From contig NC_004459.3 in NCBI RefSeq assembly GCF_000039765.1, positions 3,226,104 through 3,258,103 of the forward strand: 32,000 nucleotides of DNA. The letters are read 5' to 3'. Below the pieces are notes generated by a model. It saw nothing but the letters and a program-made list of their open reading frames with translations. It was not told the DNA's origin and searched no databases. Each line of letters opens with the position of its first letter. Within the stretch, counting starts at the first letter, position 1. The translations under genes were made by a program, and so were the position numbers. The stretch comes from Vibrio vulnificus CMCP6. Lineage in GTDB: Bacteria > Pseudomonadota > Gammaproteobacteria > Enterobacterales > Vibrionaceae. This document shows, piece after piece, positions 22,715-30,744 of this stretch.

Positions 22715-23929
22715 ATGCAAAATATCGGGATGTCGTCAAAACTCGACAATGTCTGCTATGACATCAGGGGTCCTGTACTCAAACATGCTAAGCGCATGGA
22801 AGAAGAAGGGCATAAAATCCTTAAGCTAAATATTGGAAACCCCGCCCCATTTGGCTTTGACGCCCCTGATGAAATTCTGGTCGATGTGATTCGTAACTTG
22901 CCTACGTCGCAAGGTTACTGCGATTCAAAAGGCATCTACTCAGCACGTAAAGCCGTGGTACAGCACTACCAACGCAAAGGCATTCGTTCTCTCGATGTGG
23001 AAGATGTCTACGTGGGCAATGGCGTCTCTGAGCTGATCGTGATGGCCATGCAAGCACTGCTTAACAACGGTGACGAAATGCTGGTTCCAGCACCAGACTA
23101 CCCATTATGGACCGCTGCCGTGGCACTTTCGGGTGGTAAAGCGGTGCATTACCTCTGTGATGAGCAAGCAGACTGGTACCCTGATCTGGATGATATGCGC
23201 AAAAAAATCACGCCTAAGACTCGTGGTATTGTACTCATCAACCCAAATAACCCAACGGGTGCCGTCTACAGCCGCGATTTTCTACTGGAAGTGATCGAAA
23301 TCGCGCGTCAACACAAGCTGATGATTTTCGCCGATGAAATCTACGACAAGGTGTTGTACGACGGAGCGGTTCACACCTCAGTCGCGACCTTAACTGACGA
23401 TGTGCTGGTGATGACGTTTAACGGCCTATCAAAAGCCTATCGCGTATGTGGTTTCCGTGGTGGTTGGATGTTTATGACCGGACCAAAACATTTAGCGCAA
23501 GGCTATGTTAACGGTTTGGACATGCTGGCTTCGATGCGCCTGTGCGCCAACGTGCCAATGCAACACGCGATTCAAACTGCCTTGGGGGGCTATCAGAGCA
23601 TCAATGAATTGATCTTACCTGGCGGTCGTTTATTGGAGCAACGTGATCGCGCATGGGAGTTGATCAACCAAATCCCTGGCGTTTCATGTGTGAAACCAAA
23701 AGGCGCAATGTATCTGTTCCCTAAGATTGATACGAAAAAATACAGCATCAAAGATGACCAAAAGATGGTTTTTGATTTTCTCGTTCAAGAAAAAGTGTTG
23801 TTAGTGCAGGGTTCTGGATTCAACTGGCCAAAACCAGACCACTTCCGCATTGTCACTCTACCGCATATCGAAGATCTCGAAACCGCCATTGGCCGCTTTG
23901 AACGTTTCTTACATGGCTATAGCCAGTAG
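22715..23929 (+). CDS. alaA: Alanine/pyridoxal-phosphate-dependent aminotransferase (AlaA-like)
   Basis: 404 aa; 'LNIGNPAPFGFDAPDEILVDVI', 'INPNNPTGAVYS', 'IFADEIYDKVLYDG', PLP lysine 'FNGLSKAYRVCGFRGGW'. Confidence 0.92.
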   Translation: MQNIGMSSKLDNVCYDIRGPVLKHAKRMEEEGHKILKLNIGNPAPFGFDAPDEILVDVIRNLPTSQGYCDSKGIYSARKAVVQHYQRKGIRSLDVEDVYVGNGVSELIVMAMQALLNNGDEMLVPAPDYPLWTAAVALSGGKAVHYLCDEQADWYPDLDDMRKKITPKTRGIVLINPNNPTGAVYSRDFLLEVIEIARQHKLMIFADEIYDKVLYDGAVHTSVATLTDDVLVMTFNGLSKAYRVCGFRGGWMFMTGPKHLAQGYVNGLDMLASMRLCANVPMQHAIQTALGGYQSINELILPGGRLLEQRDRAWELINQIPGVSCVKPKGAMYLFPKIDTKKYSIKDDQKMVFDFLVQEKVLLVQGSGFNWPKPDHFRIVTLPHIEDLETAIGRFERFLHGYSQ

Positions 23930-23956
23930 TAATTATTGTTAAACTTTCATATGCTT

Positions 23957-23984
23957 AAAGGTGTTCCATAGGAACACCTTTTTT
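23957..23984 (+). terminator. Intrinsic terminator of alaA
   Basis: aaaggtgttcc-ata-ggaacacctttttttc-type hairpin with T tract. Confidence 0.9.
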
Positions 23985-24000
23985 CTAACTGCGTTTTGAG

Positions 24001-24243
24001 GTGACTATCGTGCAAGAAAGCCATTTTTTCGCTCATTTGGCTCGTATGAAGCTAATTCAACGCTGGCCATTAATGCGCTCTGTCTCCAGTGAGAATGTCT
24101 CTGAGCACAGTTTGCAGGTCGCCTTTGTTGCCCATGCTTTAGCGCTGATCAAAAACAAGAAGTTTGGTGGTCACATCAATGCAGAGCGGGTGGCCGTGTT
24201 GGCCATGTATCACGATAGTAGTGAGGTTTTGACTGGTGATTAG
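24001..24243 (+). pseudogene. yfbR: 5'-deoxynucleotidase YfbR, 5' fragment interrupted by the island
   Basis: 80 aa closely matching the YfbR N-terminus (...[72 protein letters not shown]) then an immediate TAG. The family continues '...LTGDLPTPVKYFN...' for roughly 115 further residues. Confidence 0.88.
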
Positions 24244-24284
24244 TTCGTTTTTCTAATATGAGTAAACCAGTGACTTAGTTCGTT
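24240..24284 (+). repeat. 10-bp direct repeat TTAGTTCGTT x2 at the island left end
   Basis: TTAGTTCGTT at 24240-24249 and 24275-24284; also inverted ACTGGT (24232-24237)/ACCAGT (24266-24271). Confidence 0.6.
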
Positions 24285-24326
24285 AATACACATAAGTTAC
24301 CATTAGACTATTGTAAGGATATTCAG

Positions 24327-24926
24327 TTGAAAAAATCACAAAGTACATTCATGGCATGGGTGACACGTATGCCATTAATAAAACGCTGGGCATTAATGCA
24401 CTGCTTTCAAGAAGAAAATGTTTCAGAACATTCTCATCAGGTTGCGGTAATAGCTCACTTATTAACTGTCATTAAAAACAAACGATATGGCGGTAACTTA
24501 AATCCAGAAAAAGCTGCAGTTACCGCCATTTATCATGAAATATCAGAAACAAAACTTCAGGATATAAATTCAAAAACCAAGTACCACAGCCCTGAATTTA
24601 CAGCAGCATTTAAAAAACTTGAAGATATTGCAGAAAAAGAATGTTTAGAAACATTACCAGAGGATTTACGTAATGAGTTCTCAGATTTACTTGTTCAAAA
24701 AAATGTAGACGCTGAATATAAAGCGATTGTAAAAGCAGCAGATATTCTATCAGCTTATATAAAGACTCTAAACGAACTTCGATTTAACAATGATGAATTT
24801 TTACATGTCAAAAAAGGACTTGATCCAAAAATTAAAAGACTTATTACTGAAATGCCTGAAGTAAAAGATTTTATGGATGTATTTTGTGATAGTTGCACTA
24901 CTACGTTTGACAAAATATCAGGATAA
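24327..24926 (+). CDS. Island-encoded divergent YfbR-like HD-superfamily 5'-deoxynucleotidase homologue
   Basis: 199 aa, TTG start preceded by 'aagga'. Aligns end to end by eye with YfbR (RW, SEH, E72-like, D77-like and AAD motifs kept), but the HD dyad is 'YHEISE'. Confidence 0.85.
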   Translation: MKKSQSTFMAWVTRMPLIKRWALMHCFQEENVSEHSHQVAVIAHLLTVIKNKRYGGNLNPEKAAVTAIYHEISETKLQDINSKTKYHSPEFTAAFKKLEDIAEKECLETLPEDLRNEFSDLLVQKNVDAEYKAIVKAADILSAYIKTLNELRFNNDEFLHVKKGLDPKIKRLITEMPEVKDFMDVFCDSCTTTFDKISG

Positions 24927-24929
24927 ATA

Positions 24930-25217
24930 ATACCTCTCGGTATCTATAGAGTTTTAAAAAAAAGCAGAATCTGTAATCACGCATAACTTCATCACACATG
25001 CGTTATCAATATGAGTAACGTATGTAAAATGTGTTTTAACTCAAACTTTTACATAAAATCAACACATCAAAATTTACATACAACGCCAAGTTTGGTAACG
25101 TAAAATTGTAAAGGTTATCGTCACCTAGCCCGACTCAAGGCAAAGACGATAGTTTTGAATAGACAAAGTAATCACTTTTCAGTGGCATTTTGCATGAGAG
25201 TCGCATAGCAAACTTCA
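24930..25217. promoter_or_regulatory. Intergenic regulatory/recombination-site candidate with multiple short direct and inverted repeats
   Basis: TATGTAAAA (25021-25029), TTTTACATA (25047-25055), TTTACATA (25073-25080); TATCGTC (25116-25122)/GACGATA (25145-25151). Confidence 0.4.
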
Positions 25218-25244
25218 ATGCTGCACTACGACCAAGGTGAAACT

Positions 25245-25829
25245 ATGTCTAAAAACCATTCATTACCTCAAATTTCTCCATCCGACATCTTTAAGTTAAA
25301 AGCAAAACAATTTTCATTGTTAATAACCAAAATATCAGGTTTTAGTAATATACCGTCAAAAAAAAGGTATGATTGGTTAGCTCATGCTCTAGGTTATAAA
25401 GACCACAATGATTTATTACACTCTAATTATCTTAGAAGAATTACTGATAACCGTAATATCCTAAATATTTTTAGTAATAAAAAACAACGAGAAGACATAA
25501 TTAATATTTTCTGCTCTAACCTTCCTGACGTATCAAAGAAACATATAAGTGATGCTACTATTTTAATGGCTATTATAGAAAAGCCAGAATATAAAAAGTT
25601 ACTATTTTCACTAATACATAGTGGAATTAGATACCCCTCAATTTCTGGGTTAATTACACCTAAAAATAATAAAATAATCACATATAAATTAAACATCCCA
25701 AGAATAAAATCAGCACACCAAAGCCTACCAAATAACACCATCAACAAAAACCATATATTTTCGTTTTCAAAATTTCGTGAAGATTATGTTAAAAACACAT
25801 TATCAGAAAACTTAACGACAAATAAATGA
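25245..25829 (+). CDS. Uncharacterised protein, first gene of the recombinase operon
   Basis: Likely start at MSKNHSLPQISP (track ORF starts at 25218 with MLHYDQGET). 'LKAKQFSLLITKISGFSN...YDWLAHALGYKDHNDLLHSN' resembles a short 'ALGY..(H/W)..L' module. Overlaps the next ORF by 4 bp. Confidence 0.75.
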   Translation: MSKNHSLPQISPSDIFKLKAKQFSLLITKISGFSNIPSKKRYDWLAHALGYKDHNDLLHSNYLRRITDNRNILNIFSNKKQREDIINIFCSNLPDVSKKHISDATILMAIIEKPEYKKLLFSLIHSGIRYPSISGLITPKNNKIITYKLNIPRIKSAHQSLPNNTINKNHIFSFSKFREDYVKNTLSENLTTNK

Positions 25830-27703
25830 AATATAGATTTGGTGAAATGGGAAATAAAAAAGTATCTATCGGAAACTTATCCGCAAAAATAATAAGTGGG
25901 AAAAACATAAGTATCGGTGATAAAAGTGCACTTGGTGAATTAATTAAATATTTAAAAAAAGAGAATAAAAGTAAATTAATAACAACCAACTTTGATGATG
26001 TTGAATTTCTTAAATTTCTGAAATATTTATCTACGATTAAAACGACAAAACGCCGATATCAAATTTCTGTTGCAGTAAGACGCCTTATTGCTGAAGAATT
26101 TCACAACGGAGTTGTTTTCACTATATCACCCGACGAATGGCCTGTTCCGGAAAAACCGAGACCAACGCATTTTCAACCACTAAGCTCAGAACAAATAGTC
26201 AAATTGGAAGAATTTCTAAGAGAAGAAATTGACGTTGCTTATAAGAAAGATGAAATTTTTCAGAGTGCCCGAAAATCAGGAGTGGTTAGCAACAAAATCG
26301 GCATCGACTTTTGGCACCGAGCTAACCCAGATCCAGCGTTACCTAGATTTACTGACTGGCATGAAAGCCTAAAAAATGCCATTGCTACAATATATTCTAT
26401 TCATCCAAATTTTCCTAATAATGCATCAAATGAAGATTTGGCAGAAAATGGAAAATTTTATATTCCCAAAGACCTTACATATACAAATCTTACAACAACA
26501 TTTAAAACCCTCGCAAAGAGAATGGTCATGCAAAACATTCCTGGGTACACTTCATTTGTATTAGAAGCCCCAGAACTAACATATACAAAATTAATATCAT
26601 ATATCTACCCGGATTTACGTGAACTGATCGCTATTAAAATAGCGATTTGCTTCGAAACTGGTTGGTCACCCGATATCACCGAACGAATAGATCCAGATGA
26701 TTATATTTATGACCCAATTCCTATGGAAAATGACTGGGTATTTATTAAATCAACAAAAGCAAAGGGAGCTTCTGTAAATAAGAAAACAAGACTTCGCGAA
26801 CAGAGATTGATGATTCATCCTAGTTCAAAAACTGATAAATACAGTGCGTATAATTTAATAAAATTACTAGTAAAAAGAACTTCAACATTACGAAAAGGAC
26901 ATTTATACGAGAAAGCAACTACAGATCTTGACGTTCACCCTGCATTCATAAGTTTAGTAGTAAATGCTGGTCTAAAATTTGTAGCGCATTACCCATGCCG
27001 TAAAGGTGTTAATAGAAGTTCAAGTAGCAAGTTCATTGAAAAAAGTATTGGGTATAAGTTGGATCTAAGACGACTCAGGCCAACTCGATTGTATCTAAAT
27101 GAAAAAGAAAAAAAGCTGCCGCTATTGCTTCAAGTCGCGCTATTTGGGCACTCAACATCTGCAATTACTGACGAGGTTTATAAAGACAACTCCCACTTCC
27201 AACAGCTAAGAAATGACAAACTAGCAATGGAATTAGATAGTATATTCGACAGTATTCGTGATGGTTCTTTCAAAGGAAAACTAGTTCCATTAAAACAAAG
27301 AACATGTATCAAAAAAAAGATAATAAATATCTATACAAACCACAATGGCGAGTCACCATTAGCAATCTGTAATAACCCATACTACCCCACCTGGCACTTG
27401 TCTGATGGTGGACAAATTCCCAGATCAAATAAACCATGCAAACAATTTAACAAATGTCTTACGTGTCAACAATCATCCGTTACCAGTGACAACATTCCAT
27501 TTGTAGTAGATAGATTCCTCTATTTAGATCAGAAACGACGCTCAATGCGAAGTGACCAGTTTGATTGCATGTATAGGGAAGAATATGAAGCAGCAAAAGA
27601 AGTCATCGAATCATGGCCTTATCAAGAAGATATTCAAGAAGCTGAGTTGAGAAACGCTGTTGATGGATACCTACTTCCACCTATTATTTCAGAGAGTAAC
27701 TAA
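25826..27703 (+). CDS. Tyrosine-recombinase-fold protein 1 (625 aa), possibly catalytically degenerate
   Basis: C-terminal 'LDLRRLRPTRLYL...LFGHSTSAITDEVYKDN' resembles recombinase box II and the Tyr motif; box I region reads 'CFETGWSPDITERI'; Cys-rich tail 'CKQFNKCLTCQQS'. Confidence 0.7.
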   Translation: MKYRFGEMGNKKVSIGNLSAKIISGKNISIGDKSALGELIKYLKKENKSKLITTNFDDVEFLKFLKYLSTIKTTKRRYQISVAVRRLIAEEFHNGVVFTISPDEWPVPEKPRPTHFQPLSSEQIVKLEEFLREEIDVAYKKDEIFQSARKSGVVSNKIGIDFWHRANPDPALPRFTDWHESLKNAIATIYSIHPNFPNNASNEDLAENGKFYIPKDLTYTNLTTTFKTLAKRMVMQNIPGYTSFVLEAPELTYTKLISYIYPDLRELIAIKIAICFETGWSPDITERIDPDDYIYDPIPMENDWVFIKSTKAKGASVNKKTRLREQRLMIHPSSKTDKYSAYNLIKLLVKRTSTLRKGHLYEKATTDLDVHPAFISLVVNAGLKFVAHYPCRKGVNRSSSSKFIEKSIGYKLDLRRLRPTRLYLNEKEKKLPLLLQVALFGHSTSAITDEVYKDNSHFQQLRNDKLAMELDSIFDSIRDGSFKGKLVPLKQRTCIKKKIINIYTNHNGESPLAICNNPYYPTWHLSDGGQIPRSNKPCKQFNKCLTCQQSSVTSDNIPFVVDRFLYLDQKRRSMRSDQFDCMYREEYEAAKEVIESWPYQEDIQEAELRNAVDGYLLPPIISESN

Positions 27704-29646
27704 TGAAACTAATAAACTTTGGCGAGATCAACATTGATAAAGACATTCAAATATCAGAAGAAATAAATTTCAAATATAATGTTTGGAGAATTCAATATTC
27801 ACAATCAGAACATATATCACTAAACTTTGAAAATTTTAGTGAAAATAATAATGTATCTAACTATAACGATTTGGTAATTTTAATAAAAATACTAACTTAT
27901 TATGAATTCCCTAAATTATTCAATTTAAACATAACCAGTTGGTTGACAACAAATCATCGCCATTCATATTTTATTAATGTCGCTAAAAATTTTCTCCTTG
28001 ATTCTGGATTTACATCTAGAAAAATGCTTTCTAATATTACTTTAAGTCAATGTAAAGGATATATTGAAGATTGCATTTCACTATTTAAAAAAAGAATACC
28101 AGGTTCAATAACAAAACTGGATAGTGCAATATATTTTTTTGACAGATGGAGTGAATTATCTCACAAAAAAAGGTTACCAAAAGAATTCAGATTTGAATAC
28201 GATAAGTATGATATTTTAGATAAAGAAAAACGTGCTGAACTAAGAACTCTCAAAGATGAACAATGCGATCCATGGCAACCATTGGATTCAGAAATTGTAA
28301 AATCCGTTTTCGATGAATCATTAAAATATATACAAACTTTATCTCCAACAATTATTAAATGCTCCAATTTAGTAAAAGAAAAAGGACGACGAGACGATGG
28401 TTCTTCTTGGGGAACCATAAGAAAAGATGGTCGTACAAAACATATTTTTAAAGTACTCGAGAACATGGAAATTCCAGACATATATGATGGAGTTAAACTT
28501 TTCAATTTTAAGCCTGTAACCAAAGAGGTTACTTCTTTAGGTTACGCCAGTGGGAAGCAAGATAGAACAACAATACCAACCAATGAAATACGGCCAGCAG
28601 TTATAAAACTAAAACGAAGTTGTATATTTATTATAGGGTTATTTACTGGTTTAAGGCGTCGTGAGATTGCATCACTAAAGGCTAAGCCAGCATATAAAAA
28701 AAATGATTGTTTATACTTAGATATTATACGTTTTAAGCAAGCCGCCGATTCAGAACAAGAAGGTGAAGAAGATAGTATCCCTATACCAAAAATTGTTGGT
28801 GATGCTATTGATATATTAATTGAATTATTTGCTATCAGCCGAAAGACATTAAATAGCCAATATCTTTTGGTAACAGATATGCCTTCTAAAAAGAATTTCG
28901 AAAAAATAAAAATTGATACAATTACAAAAGACATTAGAAAAATAGTCGCTGATATGACAGATGTAACAGATGCTCACCCACACCAGCTGCGAAAAACTAT
29001 CGCATGGTTACTGATTTCTAGAAGTGAAAAAAACATTGATCTTATTCGTCAGCTCTTTGGTCATAAAAGTTATGGTATGACACTTCGATATATAATGCGC
29101 AACGAATTAATGGTAGAGAGTGTAATAGAGTTGTTAGAACACAACTACACAGAAGATCTACAAGAAATATTCGAGGCTATCAATAATAATAATACAGCGG
29201 GAGATCTATCAGATAAAATCAAAAAACGTATGGAAGAGCAAATTTATCCAGGTAGCATATTGGTAACCGATATTGAATCCTATGTGCGTGAATCACTAAA
29301 AGCTGGTATACCTTTGTTCGTATCGAGAGTCCCCATTGGTGGTTTCTGCATAAACGCGGGTAATGAAGATTCTATCCCACCATGTATGATGAAAACCAAT
29401 TCAAAAAGACCATGCGTTGATTTCTGTAACTACAAAGTGTGTGATTACCTAATTTTTAATGATGAATCAATTTCTAATATTCACTCTCAAATTAACTACT
29501 ACAAACAAAAGTTAAGCTATCTAGATGAATCAAGCAATGAAAAAGTTGTGACTTATTATCAAAAAGAAATTCTTGAACACAGAGAGCTTCTTGAGAGATT
29601 AGAAAATAAGAAAAATAACCAGAATTTTAAAAAGGCTCAATTATGA
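27703..29646 (+). CDS. Tyrosine recombinase/site-specific integrase 2 (647 aa)
   Basis: Box I 'GLFTGLRRREIASLKAK', 'HPHQLRKTIAW' (HxxR), 'LFGHKSYGMTLRYI' (GH...Y), Cys-rich tail 'CMMKTNSKRPCVDFCNYKVC'. Start overlaps previous stop as TAATG. Confidence 0.9.
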   Translation: MKLINFGEINIDKDIQISEEINFKYNVWRIQYSQSEHISLNFENFSENNNVSNYNDLVILIKILTYYEFPKLFNLNITSWLTTNHRHSYFINVAKNFLLDSGFTSRKMLSNITLSQCKGYIEDCISLFKKRIPGSITKLDSAIYFFDRWSELSHKKRLPKEFRFEYDKYDILDKEKRAELRTLKDEQCDPWQPLDSEIVKSVFDESLKYIQTLSPTIIKCSNLVKEKGRRDDGSSWGTIRKDGRTKHIFKVLENMEIPDIYDGVKLFNFKPVTKEVTSLGYASGKQDRTTIPTNEIRPAVIKLKRSCIFIIGLFTGLRRREIASLKAKPAYKKNDCLYLDIIRFKQAADSEQEGEEDSIPIPKIVGDAIDILIELFAISRKTLNSQYLLVTDMPSKKNFEKIKIDTITKDIRKIVADMTDVTDAHPHQLRKTIAWLLISRSEKNIDLIRQLFGHKSYGMTLRYIMRNELMVESVIELLEHNYTEDLQEIFEAINNNNTAGDLSDKIKKRMEEQIYPGSILVTDIESYVRESLKAGIPLFVSRVPIGGFCINAGNEDSIPPCMMKTNSKRPCVDFCNYKVCDYLIFNDESISNIHSQINYYKQKLSYLDESSNEKVVTYYQKEILEHRELLERLENKKNNQNFKKAQL

Positions 29647-30743
29647 CTTTAAAGGAAAAGGATGTAGAAAATGTAATTGATATCCTTATCTCATCAGATT
29701 CTTTTAATGTAAAAAAACTAGCTGAGTATCTTAAGGTTTCTCGGTCCTATTTATATAAAGAATTCCGACATCTACTACCTAAACCAGCAAGTATCACCCA
29801 AAAAAGAATAGAAAATGCTATTTTACGAATTAGACAACGGACAGGTCGCTCTCTCTTAACTATTTCGGAAGTAGCAATAGAATCAGGAGTAAGCAGGCAA
29901 AGTATTTCTAGAGATTACAGTCATCTTTTATCTATGATAAAAGGTAAAAAATCTGTTGATATAATTCCTAATTCAACAACAGAATCAGAAGAAAAAATTA
30001 AATTCCTAGAAGATCAAATTTCTTCTCTTAGCATGAAAAATGAAGAATATGAAGAGAATATTAAGTTAAAGGTTTACTCCGATATGATGAAGCAAGATCT
30101 TGCTTCATTTACAGCCCAAAAGGACAAAGCAAATGCTATCAAGCTACAAAATCAAAATGATGAAATAATAGCTATTAATAAACAACAAATATCAGAACTA
30201 GCGGATCTACGATCGCAATTATCAGAATTAAAAAGAAAGTCTAAAACAATCATTCCCGGGTGTAATATTATTGCTCATATCAAACCAGATTATAGTAGTA
30301 TTTCATCAAAAATGGATTTAAAAACTTCAATGGAGATTTTCTTCGAAATAGAAGAAAAAAACATAAACGATGCCATTGATATCTGCTTCACTTCACAACC
30401 TAATTCAGTAATATTTTTTCAACCTTTTCTTAGTTGCAACTTTGAAAGTCTTGGTATTACTTTATCAAAAGGTGATGTTATTCTTATTGAAAGTAATTTT
30501 CCTCTTGCCAAGCAATTCAAAAAACTTTTACTAAATATAAGCGAAATTCCTGTCCATTCAATATCATGTAAAGGTCACGAATTACAATTGGCAAATTTCT
30601 ATTGTCGAAAGAATCACACCAATAAATTTAGCGAAGAGTTTATAGATAAGTTATATAAACTAATATCTTATCCAGATCAGAATGATGGTTTTAAATCTGT
30701 AACGCTCGTAAAGCCTAGCCCTTCTATTTCGGCGGTAAAATAG
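29643..30743 (+). CDS. HTH plus coiled-coil accessory protein of the recombinase module (366 aa)
   Basis: Two HTH-like segments ('NVKKLAEYLKVSRSYLYKEFRHLL', 'LTISEVAIESGVSRQSISRDYSHLL') then a heptad-rich coiled coil ('EEKIKFLEDQISSLSMKNEEYEEN'...'QQISELADLRSQLSELKRKSK') and a C-terminal domain. ATGA overlap with upstream gene. Confidence 0.8.
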   Translation: MTLKEKDVENVIDILISSDSFNVKKLAEYLKVSRSYLYKEFRHLLPKPASITQKRIENAILRIRQRTGRSLLTISEVAIESGVSRQSISRDYSHLLSMIKGKKSVDIIPNSTTESEEKIKFLEDQISSLSMKNEEYEENIKLKVYSDMMKQDLASFTAQKDKANAIKLQNQNDEIIAINKQQISELADLRSQLSELKRKSKTIIPGCNIIAHIKPDYSSISSKMDLKTSMEIFFEIEEKNINDAIDICFTSQPNSVIFFQPFLSCNFESLGITLSKGDVILIESNFPLAKQFKKLLLNISEIPVHSISCKGHELQLANFYCRKNHTNKFSEEFIDKLYKLISYPDQNDGFKSVTLVKPSPSISAVK

Positions 30744-30744
30744 T

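Noticed and set aside
24001-24926. Simple tandem duplication of yfbR as explanation
   Set aside because: The second copy is complete, highly diverged, AT-rich and uses TTG, while the first is truncated exactly at the compositional switch. Insertion of foreign DNA fits better than local duplication.
25427-25989. Minus-strand ORFs 25427-25747 and 25789-25989 with hydrophobic stretches, resembling small toxins
   Set aside because: AT-rich antisense translation of the 203-aa and 625-aa genes; no independent promoter or ribosome site noticed. Not supportable as toxin genes.
28161-28934. Minus-strand ORFs 28161-28523 and 28542-28934 within the 647-aa recombinase
   Set aside because: Antisense to a clearly conserved recombinase domain; serine/leucine-rich composition is typical of AT-rich shadow frames.
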